Positions 25,410 to 36,292 of a stretch of 64,000 nt of DNA are shown piece after piece; position 1 is the stretch's first letter, and every line of letters starts with the position of its first letter. A program made the position numbers and the translations under genes. The DNA lies in the NCBI GenBank assembly GCA_004764695.1, contig SMSO01000014.1:2723648-2787647 (forward strand), given 5' to 3'. The stretch is from Schizochytrium sp. TIO01 (Eukaryota; Protista; Bigyra: Labyrinthulomycetes). Below the pieces are notes generated by a model. The model searched no databases, was not told where the DNA came from, and worked only from the letters and a program-made list of their open reading frames with translations.

Positions 25410-26755
25410 TGTTATGGGGGAAACTCCTACGCACTCACTTACCACTTTCCACTAAGCTCAACTCTTTTCTAAATTTTTATGTTAGAGAAAGTAAACCGCA
25501 ATTAATTTATAAACAAATATATTTAAAATAATAATAATAAATAATGAATAATAATATATATATATATATATTATTTTTGTTCTGTTTTTTAATATATTTT
25601 TTTAATATTATATGAGGAAAACTATATAATGAAAGAAACATACATCGATGTGAATTGAGACTAAACTGCTGAGAAAGCGAAACGAAGTTAAGTTAATTCC
25701 GAACGATGCCACAACTTCACCGTCGCCGCCACCACCAGTGCTGGCTCGACTGGCTCTGAGCTGGCACCATCGCAGCTCCAGAGGTCGAGAGCGGTTTGGC
25801 GCTAAAAGGGAGGAGGCCGGCGCCAGGAGAGGGCTCGGGGCGACAGCTTTTGCAGCAGGAGCGGCAGCGAACTGACTGACTGAGTGACTGAGTGACTGAC
25901 TACTGACTGCGCAGAAAATAATGAACCAAGAAAGAAAAGAAAACGTAAGTGGAGTAAAGGAAATAGTGCACTTGTGGAGGGCACGCAAAGTAGAGCAAAG
26001 GCGGCGCGTAAGTAGAGAATAGAGCGCAGGAAAGTAAGTAAAGACACTAATAACTTCTTAATAAATTTTAATATAATAGAACATTGTATTATAAAATAAG
26101 TGAATGAATGAATGAATGAATGAATGAATGAAAGAATGAATGAATAAAAATAGTAAATTGGGATCGTCAAAATATTTGAGTTGAAATAGAGTAAAAATTA
26201 TGGGTCCAAGTTCCTTCAGGAAATGACAACAAAGAGGCTTTGAGGGGGCTGGTGGTGGCGAAGTAGAGGCCCAACGCCTGTGCGCGCAGAAACTGGACTT
26301 TGCGTGGCGCCCGTTGGCTGCGGCGAAAGACCATCGCTGGAACGCAGGCGAGAACATTACGGGATCGTAACGGAGAATCCGCGATTTACTGGAATTGCAA
26401 AGCTAGCTTGGCGTATATTGAGACCGTTCGAGTCTCCCTGAAGGCCTGCCTGCTCGAACGGACTTAGACCTGTTCGATCAGCGGCAAGGGTGAAGTCAAG
26501 GCACGCACAAGCTTTGCAACGCGAAGCTCTTGCAGAGGAGCCTCTGAAGACCCTGTTCGGTTTTGGTTTGCACAAAGTTTGTGATCAAGTCAATAACGGT
26601 GAGGATCTGACTTTTCAGACAAGGAATCCTCAAGAGCACAAGCTTCAACTAATTTCAACTAACTTTCGCCAGCTTTTTGAAAATATCGAGACGGGACTGG
26701 AAAGGACCGCTCTTCACTAAGGAGCCCGTGTTGTTGTAGCAACACACGAAAGAAA

Positions 26756-28396
26756 ATGTTGGCAACGAGAGGTCTGTTCATGCGGAGCGTACGAGCTTCG
26801 GGTGGAGTGAAACTACTCAAAGGTAGATTTCGCTATGCAGGAGGTGCAACTGGTACCTCTGGACCGGATAAGACAAGCAGTGGCGTGCAGGAGGTGGAAA
26901 ACACTGCAGCAGGACATCCCTTGCAACAGTGCCGGCACATTTCATTTGGGAGCATTATTAGCAAACTTAATCCATTCGAATCTACCTCTGTGACTGGAGT
27001 TACCGCGCGTCTTGATGATCGGTTCGAGCTTCTTGAAGAGCTCGGCCGTGGTCGTTACGGAGTTGTCTACAGATGCAAAAGACTTCCGCAACACAACACA
27101 GAGTGCAATGCGGATTACTATGCTATTAAGGTAGTACACAAGGACTCGGTTGATCATCTCGACGAGCTACGTACAGAGCTAGAAATCATGGAACGTATTG
27201 AGCATCCACACTGCGTTGGCCTGACTGAGGCGTTTGAGGACGTTGATAAAGTTTACTTTGTCAGCCCTCTATGCGTAGGTGGCGAACTCTTTGACCGCAT
27301 TATTGCTAAAGGATTCTACACTGAGGCTGATGCGGCAAAGCTGATTCGCCAGGTTCTCTTGGCCCTTGAATACTGTCACGAAACCCTTCATGTAGTACAC
27401 CGTGATATCAAGCCAGAAAACCTACTTTTCTGGGATAAAGATGAGCAATCTGCCCTCGGCCTGTGTGACTTTGGAATGGCCCATCCCTTTAAAAACGACG
27501 AGCTCATGCATTCCAGCTGTGGCAGCCCTTCGTATGTAGCCCCAGAGGTATTAGATGGTAATTACAACGAAAAGTGTGACATCTGGAGTGCTGGTGTTAT
27601 TCTGTATATTCTTTTGAGTGGCAGCGTTCCTTTTCCTGGCGAATCGGACACTGAAATCATGCGCAACGTGGCTCGTGCACAATACGATTTTGATGACATA
27701 GCTTGGGACTCAATCTCCGATAGCGCAAAAGAGCTAATTCAAGGGATGGTATGCAAAGACCATACAAAGCGAATGTCGGCATCGCAATGTCTCCATCACA
27801 AGTGGATTCGTGAACTTGGCGAGGGCCGAGAAGTCCCACTCTTGCTCGCTCTGGAAAATCTCCGCGCATTTGATAGGTTTGCTCGCATCAAACGGATCGC
27901 GCTTCAACTTGTGGCCAAACATCTAGCCTCTTGTGCAAACCATGATGAAATGGACTCTTATATCATGAGTCTACGTGAATTTTTCGATTGTCTGGCAAAG
28001 GATAACGGAGGATTAATTTCTGCTGAGGATTTGGCCCAGGCCATTGTAAAAGAGTCACAAAAGGAGAACTCATTCAACGTTTTAACCACAGCTGAGGATC
28101 TCGTCAAATTGCTTAACAACTCTGATTTGGATCGTAACGGAATGATTGATCTGAACGAGTTCTGCGCTGCTTGCCTTAACGAGTATCTTCTGACGAAAGA
28201 AACTGAATTGCGTTGGGTCTTCGAATTCATTGACCACGACAGCGACGGTGTTATTTCATTGGAAGACCTGCGAAAGGAGTATGGTGACTCCGAATCGTAC
28301 GAGAGTTTGAAGGAGGAATTCGATCGTTACGATCTTAACAATGATGGTGTAATCTCTTATGAGGAATTCACCTCAGGAATGAAGAAGTCGCCGTAA
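26756..28396 (+). CDS. Calcium-dependent protein kinase (CDPK) with N-terminal extension
   Basis: Kinase motifs LGRGRYGVV, YAIK, HRDIKPEN, DFG, YVAPE. Junction LENLRAFDRFARIKRIALQLVA. EF hands DLDRNGMIDLNEF, DHDSDGVISLEDL, DLNNDGVISYEEF, plus a degenerate first loop. Confidence 0.95.
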   Translation: MLATRGLFMRSVRASGGVKLLKGRFRYAGGATGTSGPDKTSSGVQEVENTAAGHPLQQCRHISFGSIISKLNPFESTSVTGVTARLDDRFELLEELGRGRYGVVYRCKRLPQHNTECNADYYAIKVVHKDSVDHLDELRTELEIMERIEHPHCVGLTEAFEDVDKVYFVSPLCVGGELFDRIIAKGFYTEADAAKLIRQVLLALEYCHETLHVVHRDIKPENLLFWDKDEQSALGLCDFGMAHPFKNDELMHSSCGSPSYVAPEVLDGNYNEKCDIWSAGVILYILLSGSVPFPGESDTEIMRNVARAQYDFDDIAWDSISDSAKELIQGMVCKDHTKRMSASQCLHHKWIRELGEGREVPLLLALENLRAFDRFARIKRIALQLVAKHLASCANHDEMDSYIMSLREFFDCLAKDNGGLISAEDLAQAIVKESQKENSFNVLTTAEDLVKLLNNSDLDRNGMIDLNEFCAACLNEYLLTKETELRWVFEFIDHDSDGVISLEDLRKEYGDSESYESLKEEFDRYDLNNDGVISYEEFTSGMKKSP

Positions 28397-29059
28397 GGAC
28401 TCATGAATGAGGGCTTCACACCGTTCCAGCCTCTCGAATCTACCCATTTATCGAAAAAGACCAAATGCCATATTAATATGGTGGTCCAGGCTCACACAGC
28501 ATCTATTGTTTGTGGAGCCGTTGTCCCGTCCAGCATCTGCACCATTGTCCACCGATCTATGAATTCATGTGTGCCAATGCAATAATGTCTACAAGTAGTA
28601 TAAGCCCCACTGTCTGCGTGCTCTAACTTCAGAAAGCGAATATATGTTTAACATGGGGTATCATTTAGAACAACAAGAAAAGAATGATGATTTGAAGATG
28701 AAAGAGGAGGTTTTTTGTTAAAACTGACATCAAAATAACGACTTTGACAATCTATCTTTTTATTTTTACATGCCATATCTCCCACATAGAGGTCACGCCA
28801 TTGGCTTGTTCATTTTAAAAGTGTTAAAAATAAACATACTGAGAACATCAAAACATTTTCAATTCTCTTCCGACCATTATCAGGATTCAATTTTAAATTT
28901 TCATTTTTCATTTAAAAGTTAGAAAGAGTAAGAGCGAAATCGTAAGCGGCAGAACAAGATCTTCTTTTTCCTGGAAAGACAGGCGCACAGACAGACCTCT
29001 CTCTATACCCTTTCAGGACTGATTATGTATGTTTGTTAGTTATATTTACGTCATGTTGT

Positions 29060-31444
29060 TCACACAACCCAAAATTGACGAAGCATTAACGTTAAGGTTA
29101 CAGCTGGCAACACAATCAAAAATAAAGGAAAGATTATCAATGGCGAGTAATCTGGTAGCACAATCTGTTCCCGTTGTTTTGCAAGAAGCTTTTCTTTTTC
29201 AAATCGACCAGCTGTGAAGAACTCTAATAACCAATATGTCGCTGGAAGTGTATTGGTCTTCCAATCTACTCCAAGGTAGCGCATCCAATTCACTGGAAAC
29301 CCATGGAAAGCATGCGTGCCTGGCACAACATGCATTGTACACTGGTGACCCAAATCCTTGAGAAATCTATTTGCAATAAGGTTGCAGGGCAGTAAAGGGT
29401 CAGATTCGCCGCAAATAAGCATCGTCTCTGGTGCATAGCACTTCAGCTCCTCGGCAGGAATGTCTGTCAAAGAAGACCTTGGACCACTCGCACCCTTGGC
29501 TGGAGTGTTCAGCCCACTGTCGTATAGTCGAAATACAAGAAGGATTGCAATGTGACATATCATTTTCCAAAGCCACGAACTTGTTTCAAAACCCTCTACC
29601 TTGTCCCGAATCGGTGTTTGCCTACCAAGAAGTCCATACAAAATACCGACCCTTTCAACCTTGGGGAAATCCTCCAACGTAAGTTGCTTGAAGATTTCGT
29701 ATTTTGGCGAGACGCAAGCTGCAGTCTTCTCGTAAAGCTCCTTGTTAGTGAGCAGAGCTGTTGCCATGGCAACAAGACTGCCTCCTGCAGAGTCCCCGAG
29801 AAATTGGATTTTGTCAGTCCCTAGCGTACCTCCACACCAACGACACTTTCGGTCCTTTTTTGAAGGCTTTAGATTCGAATAATCCAGCACAGGAGGAGAG
29901 AATCCGCACGTTGAAAAATGGCACTCATGAGAGCCAAGGCGATCTGTAAATGGGTCTCTTGCAACACAAGGATAAATGCATTCGGGGTTTCCGCAGTGAA
30001 ACTCTTGAATCCATAAAAGCGCATGCAAAGCGCTAAATACAGCAGCTGGGTATTGCTCATCAGGACTCAATGGATACTCCACAGAATAGACAGTAATACC
30101 AGCTCTTGGGAATGGTGTCATCGAATGCAAGAGCAACTCTGATGATACAGCAAGGTGCCCTCCTCCATGAAGATAAACTAGTGGGGCTAAAGATTCGCCC
30201 TTGGCTAGTTTCGTATGTATCTGATCCATATGTAAAGGCCGCAAAATATCCAAGACGTGACGGCGCGAGGGGGCATATGCAATGTTGCGTTGCAAATGAA
30301 TATTCTGTAGTGCTTGGAGGCCATCAGGTGATAACCAGCCTTTCCAACGTTTTGCAGTAATGCCATAGATATGCATGGGGTAGTCCAGAAAAGCACGGAT
30401 TGAAGGCAAAATGATGTACGAAAAAAAGCGGATAAAAATGTAGACCACGATTGTTGAGAGTGGGATTGCAATAAATGAACCAAACATTTCGCGTGGAGAT
30501 GTAGTCGAGACCGTTGCTAGTGCTAAAAGAATATGAGATGCTAGATTAGACAAACCAGCAAGGGTAGCCGACCATGCCTTTGGGATATACTGATTATTAT
30601 ACACGCTGTTGATGACCAAAAGCGCACCAAGAAGAATTGTAAAACTCCACATGGCAGAACCAAGAACGACCAATGTTGGAGAATATAATCCTGACTTGCG
30701 GACTTTTGAGCGCATCATTACAAAGCCCGAAAGAGGAACAGAGGCGCAAGCTGCAACCCATGCGCTCGCGATAATTGGACGGACAAAGGAGTATGGCAAC
30801 GCGAAGCGAATCACAGCAAAATCTACAAGAGTGAATAACGCGACAGAAAACAGACTTAGCATAAGACCAACACCACCATCAATAGTTGCTGCAAACTTTG
30901 GCAACTTCGTGTAATAGCGCAATGACCAAACTAGGATCAGCTGCGAGGATGCAAAACCCGCGCCCAAGAGTGAAAGAGAACCTCGAATTGCTACTACATA
31001 CTCCAGACCTGCGTTTGCCGCAATAAGGGACATCACTAAACAAACAGAAAACAAAGACCATGCAATTGATTGGAACAAAACAAACATCGATCCGCCTTGG
31101 AAAGGTTGAAAGAAGCGATATCCAGGCTGTGTACGAGGTCCAACCCAGATATGAGTTAAAAAGACTCCAAACAAGGCCATGCTCACGGCAGCTATAAAAG
31201 CTTGCTGTAGCAGCAAGATTGATTTGGGCTCAGACCAATCAGCTTGGTCTATCCACACAAATATTACCGCCTGCACAATAGATTCAACAATTACTACCCA
31301 AGGTGACCATCCGCTGCTTTGTGGCTGTGCAGCCAAAAGCATACTCATAGATGTTGATCTCCTTCGACGATCATCCCTCTTTCCATGTGCCATTTTTTGC
31401 TCTTCATCAAGTCGCACGAGCGCACCATAGCGGAATGAGCACAT
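29060..31444 (-). CDS. Multi-pass membrane region + hormone-sensitive-lipase-family alpha/beta hydrolase (probably the 3' part of a frameshifted gene)
   Basis: LVYLHGGG oxyanion motif, VEYPLSP, nucleophile GDSAGG, GESDPL (Asp), GTHAFH (His). The N-terminal TM repeat YRFFQPFQGG..F..Q..AW is shared with the upstream ORF. Confidence 0.85.
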   Translation of the reverse strand: MCSFRYGALVRLDEEQKMAHGKRDDRRRRSTSMSMLLAAQPQSSGWSPWVVIVESIVQAVIFVWIDQADWSEPKSILLLQQAFIAAVSMALFGVFLTHIWVGPRTQPGYRFFQPFQGGSMFVLFQSIAWSLFSVCLVMSLIAANAGLEYVVAIRGSLSLLGAGFASSQLILVWSLRYYTKLPKFAATIDGGVGLMLSLFSVALFTLVDFAVIRFALPYSFVRPIIASAWVAACASVPLSGFVMMRSKVRKSGLYSPTLVVLGSAMWSFTILLGALLVINSVYNNQYIPKAWSATLAGLSNLASHILLALATVSTTSPREMFGSFIAIPLSTIVVYIFIRFFSYIILPSIRAFLDYPMHIYGITAKRWKGWLSPDGLQALQNIHLQRNIAYAPSRRHVLDILRPLHMDQIHTKLAKGESLAPLVYLHGGGHLAVSSELLLHSMTPFPRAGITVYSVEYPLSPDEQYPAAVFSALHALLWIQEFHCGNPECIYPCVARDPFTDRLGSHECHFSTCGFSPPVLDYSNLKPSKKDRKCRWCGGTLGTDKIQFLGDSAGGSLVAMATALLTNKELYEKTAACVSPKYEIFKQLTLEDFPKVERVGILYGLLGRQTPIRDKVEGFETSSWLWKMICHIAILLVFRLYDSGLNTPAKGASGPRSSLTDIPAEELKCYAPETMLICGESDPLLPCNLIANRFLKDLGHQCTMHVVPGTHAFHGFPVNWMRYLGVDWKTNTLPATYWLLEFFTAGRFEKEKLLAKQREQIVLPDYSPLIIFPLFLIVLPAVTLTLMLRQFWVV

Positions 31445-33455
31445 GAGAGAAGATATACCCTATTGTAGTTGCAGTGATCCACCCCCGGGCAGTTGTTAAT
31501 GTAGTAATAGAAATGCGTACATGAACTTCTTTGGCTACCGGGATTCCTAAAATTACAGCGCTACCAAGTGCAGAAATTATAAATAATGTCCACGAGATAG
31601 CCTCGCAAAGAATCCACAAATCAGGACCCTCAAAAGGACGCCATTTGCTAAGGTTTCCATGATATGCAAGCAAGTACAGGAACAGCCGAGCGAAAAACCA
31701 CGTGAAACCTGCACCGACATGGACAATCCACCACACCCACTCGTCAACGATAGACACTTGCAAGAGGAAACTACTGCCAGCCGCTATAATGGCAAGAAGA
31801 TCAGTAAAATGGAAGCTCACGCCGACGGCTTGCTTTTCAGACGAAGTAGCTTTAGAGCTTGATCGGCTTCTATCACTCTGCTCGGCGGAATCTGAACCGC
31901 CTGACGATGCCTTTGATGAGCTACGAGTATAATGACGTACTGAGGCATAGAGAAGCATAAATGAGATGATACACAATGGAGCATACAGCTCTTCATGCCG
32001 TCCGTGTGTTATCAATAAGACATAAACCTGCAGACCGTATAGAATCCATCCAAAAGTTTGAGCGAGAATGTGGGACGAGTTGCCGTGCAACGGCTTAAAC
32101 AGGCGATAACCCATGGCATCTCGCAGCTTGACCCACCCACCTAGGTGCACGAGTGGTGGACCAATATATGCGGAGAGCTGGATCCCACCAGAGCTTACCA
32201 GATTGAGCCCTAGGAAGTAATGAAGCGAAACAATCAATACAAAGATCCAGCTAAAATACAAAAGACCAGAAGAACCCATCTGTTCACGATTCACACTGGC
32301 AGAGTCTTGGGTTTGCGACCGAGTTGACTGAAAATGAGACATGCTATTAACCATAAGTGTAGATGAAGTGAAACCAAATGCACCAAAAAGTGCCGGTGCT
32401 CCCTGAAAGGTAATCAGTCCGAATGCATCGCGGTGAACGAAGGTATAAACATTGACGCCAAACAGCGCCCAGCCGATACCTTGCAAAACTTGGAACTCCA
32501 TTGAACCTTGAAATGGCTGGAAAAAGTGATAGCCCTCCTGGTGTAAGTCCGCCATGCCTGAAAGAACATGTGTGACAAAGACACTGGCACCAAAAGCCCC
32601 CACCGCGAGGCGCAGAGCAAGCTCCATCCAGTCCTCCCGCAAACGTGAATCGCTAGCCCAACTAGCATCCAGAATGCATAACACTATAAATGTGCCACCA
32701 CCGAGAAGTAGTGAAAATGAATGTTTAAAGGAACGTTGTCCAAGCAGTGTATTGATCCTCCGGCGAATGCGGGATTCGTGACGTTGTGGTGAGAACCGAT
32801 CGAGACTCGAGTTCAGAAGTGCATTTGCGCAGAATCCTAGAGCGCCAATGCCCATCATCGTTCCTTCTGGTACATTAGGATTCAACGCAATGAGGATGCA
32901 CATGCCCAGAGCAATGGCGTAGAAGGTCCAGCCCAAAGCTTGCATAATCACAAATGAAAAGCCACCTTGAAGAGGCTGATAGAATTGAAACATATACGAT
33001 CCATATTTTTGGGTGCCAGCAATGATCGTCAGCGGCCCACTCCACAAAAATCCAAGGACGCCAAGCACTACAGGAAGTTGGTCTCTTGCGACGATATTCT
33101 CGTGCTGAGTTTGCCTTGCAAAGTCACCATCGGTCAAAGCAAAACAACCAACCGAGAACACTGCCAGAACCCATGCTAGAGTCCTCATTGACTGGCCATC
33201 GGCCTGTATCGTAGGATTCACATTTTGCCTAGATTGGTTTTCTTCTTTATCATTCTTAATATTGTTGTCATTAGCGCTTTCGGACTCGTTCCCTTCAATT
33301 GACCTGCACACTCCAACGTTGCTCTGCAATACGTCCCCCGGGCGAAGGTCATCCACACCTTCGGATCTGGTTACCTCGCTCGAGGACGAGTCAGCGGTCT
33401 GCAAAGGCAGCTTACTCTCACCCCTCCGCCTCAGCAGCGCAGACATCGCGCTCAA
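31407..33455 (-). CDS. Multi-pass membrane protein with about 4 repeats of (Y/F)xFxQPxxGxxxxxxxQxxGWxxY (probably the 5' part of the same gene as 29060-31444)
   Basis: 682 aa, highly hydrophobic. Repeats FQFYQPLQGG..QALGW, YHFFQPFQGS..QGIGW, YRLFKPLHGN..QTFGW, KWRPFEGP..EAISW. Overlaps the next ORF by 38 nt. Confidence 0.75.
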   Translation of the reverse strand: MSAMSALLRRRGESKLPLQTADSSSSEVTRSEGVDDLRPGDVLQSNVGVCRSIEGNESESANDNNIKNDKEENQSRQNVNPTIQADGQSMRTLAWVLAVFSVGCFALTDGDFARQTQHENIVARDQLPVVLGVLGFLWSGPLTIIAGTQKYGSYMFQFYQPLQGGFSFVIMQALGWTFYAIALGMCILIALNPNVPEGTMMGIGALGFCANALLNSSLDRFSPQRHESRIRRRINTLLGQRSFKHSFSLLLGGGTFIVLCILDASWASDSRLREDWMELALRLAVGAFGASVFVTHVLSGMADLHQEGYHFFQPFQGSMEFQVLQGIGWALFGVNVYTFVHRDAFGLITFQGAPALFGAFGFTSSTLMVNSMSHFQSTRSQTQDSASVNREQMGSSGLLYFSWIFVLIVSLHYFLGLNLVSSGGIQLSAYIGPPLVHLGGWVKLRDAMGYRLFKPLHGNSSHILAQTFGWILYGLQVYVLLITHGRHEELYAPLCIISFMLLYASVRHYTRSSSKASSGGSDSAEQSDRSRSSSKATSSEKQAVGVSFHFTDLLAIIAAGSSFLLQVSIVDEWVWWIVHVGAGFTWFFARLFLYLLAYHGNLSKWRPFEGPDLWILCEAISWTLFIISALGSAVILGIPVAKEVHVRISITTLTTARGWITATTIGYIFSHVLIPLWCARAT

Positions 33456-36167
33456 TGTCCAGGAAGAGCTCGGAGTTCGGGTTTTGCCGCTTTCAGTTCT
33501 CAGATTTCACGCAACTCACTCATCATCGTCATCATATAATTTATTATTCCATTTTTGCACAATGCGCAATCAAAACAGTGCCTATAAAAAAGAAAAGAAA
33601 AAGAAAACCAAAATAAAACAATCATATTTCTCTTTCTCTACTTTCTATAATACAGCACTTTCGCTTGCAAGTTTCCATCTTGTTAGGCCTGCTACAGTTG
33701 TTCTGTGCTGTCACGACCTTCGTTTGCTGCTCTAGTTCTGCTCTTGGTTAATTGAATGTTTGATCGTTTGTTCGAGTTTGCAATCGCTCAATTTGTATTT
33801 CACTTCGTTTTACAGGAGACGCTCGTTTGGGGCATTTGAACGGCAGTTCTCGTCTTTTCTTTCTGTCTGTTTCTTCAAAATTGGACCTAATGTTAAGAAG
33901 AGAAATGTGTGCGCATGATGCGTAATTTCCATTGACATCATGCTGCAGAGCTGCGTGTACTTTGCCTGAGATTTCATTCGAAACACTCGGAAGCAGCTGA
34001 TTGTAGCTTTGGCACGCTTGGGTTTAGGTGAGGCGGCGAGGAAGGAAACCGTCATGCTCAATTGTACTACTACTTCTTCAAGATGCCGCTCTTTCTGAAC
34101 CATATTCGGTTCTCAACAGGTCGAAACATGTGCAGTAGCGCCAGTGCAATGGAAATGCCAGCACAGCAGTAAGGTGTGTAGATCCTCGCTGTTCAGTTGT
34201 ACGAAACCTGAGGATGAGGAATCGAGGTTAGACAAGCTGCCTCTTGAATGTTGAGCCTCTCTTGTTAGAGCTGATTTTGGTCCTCGCTGGTACAAGCGTT
34301 AGCTGCCGGCTTTCCCAGGGCAAATCCAAACTGTTTTAAGCACTTTATTTTAATCTTCTGCTGGCAAGAACTACGTCAAAAGCTCTTCTTCCCTGTCTTG
34401 TAAGTTTATGAGGCTCTCGACGTGCTATTCACTGCTGCAGAACAATTTGATTATTTTTAGCCCGAGCGATTTTATACCGCACTTTGAGAAATTAAGCGAT
34501 AGCGGGGGCTCTAATATCGTTTGCAACTGTCTAGTTACTAGGTGGGGCGTGGTCATGGCGGCTTAAAGTTGATTGACTACCACGCAGGAGTAGGGCGTTC
34601 CTGGTTTGGGGAGCTTGACAGCTTACTGGTAAAATCTGACCACTGAACCGTGGAAGGTAATCAAAGCTGCCTCAAAGCTACTAAGAAGAGAGCACGGTTG
34701 CGCTCCATGCGATGACGAATCGGCTATCATCGAGGAGTGTACGCAAATGGAGTTCACCAGCTTAAAAGAACAGCCGCAAGAAATGCAAAAGCCAGGAACA
34801 CGACAGCATTCACTAAGCTAGGACAGCTGTTGCTGACTCCATTGGTCAATCAACGCTCCTGAAGGAGACAACGCCGCTTGAATGCTCCATTAAATAGCAA
34901 CATGCGAAGCTCCCCTCGCTTCCCCTGATCTGGTCCGAGGATTTGCGCCATTACAACCAACCATACATTTTGCAAACCCCCGAAAGCGTTGATTGAGGTG
35001 GCTGTCCACAGCATAGCTTCACCAGAACTATTCTATTCCTCTGGCACCCATCACCGACGCTTTCCACTCTCGCAAGCAACCATCTGAACCCAGGGGTATC
35101 GAGACGGCAAAGCTGTGGCGATCCTGCAAGAACAGCAGGCCATCAGATACCCGCACGAGTTGTTGCATGTCATCTCAATAGCGCCAAATTGATGAAGTCC
35201 ACGCGGTCAGTATGAGCTGACTTCATGGCACTGCCAATGTGCAAGCCCAGCTTGGCCCAGCCCAGAAGCTGGGTCCACATGTCCTGAATACATACAGCCT
35301 ATTGAAGAAGAGTCCATTGCAGGGCTCTTGGAGCGCCAGAATCGTCCCAATCTAGGTCCTGGTAATTGCGAGAGAACCAAGGGGTCCCTTTGTTTGCAGC
35401 CAAGCTTAGCTCAGGTTTAGCAGTTCGGATATGCGCAAGTAAGGGTAAGCCCAAGTCAGCAATTGCGCGTGGCGTGAGACAGATCAAATGCACGAGTGGG
35501 CTTGTGCTCGCGTCCAAGATCGCCTTGAGAAGAGGCTGCGGATGTGCCTTGATTTGCTTCAGGAATACCAGGATTCCTGAAATAGAGCAGCAGGTAACCA
35601 ACCTAGTTCTCAAAGCTTGCTTGGAATATGCAATAATAACAAGGAAGGCTCAGCTGTTCTTTTAGAATCCAACAGCAAATGAGATTGGAACAGAGGATAC
35701 CAGCGGTCATATCCGCGCAAAGACGAGAGCAAACTCCGTTCGGGTAAGGCAGACGAGGCTCGATGATTGTAAACATGGTCGTCGGTTGGTTTCTTCTTTG
35801 GTAGTCCATCAAAGTTAGGCGTATGAGAACCAGATGGGATGAAAGAAACACCATGATGACATGAAAATAAATATGTATTAAAAATAAAAATAAATGAAAA
35901 TCCTTAGTCCCCCATGGTCTCGTCCGTACCATGCCAAGCCATCATTCCGTCGCGTGGACCATGGCCCAAGAAGCTCTAAACGCGCAGCGATTTCGATGCA
36001 AGCACGGAGCTTGTGGCAAGGCCCGCCCTGCGATGTCCGGGCCTCTCGAGGCAGCGTGGAAGGGCTTGGATGACAGGCCATTGTCCAAATTTGGAGGTCG
36101 GCATGATCGGAGTTACATAGTAAAAGGGGGCAATAATATTGGAAAGCAGTTCTATGAGGGTAGGTAC

Positions 36168-36203
<36 letters not shown>

Positions 36204-36292
36204 CTACGCCAATTGTAATGTTCTGTCGAGACACGAAATCAACACCAAACCTGGAATTCCAGTACCGCTCAGGGCCACGACGAGCCCTTGCG

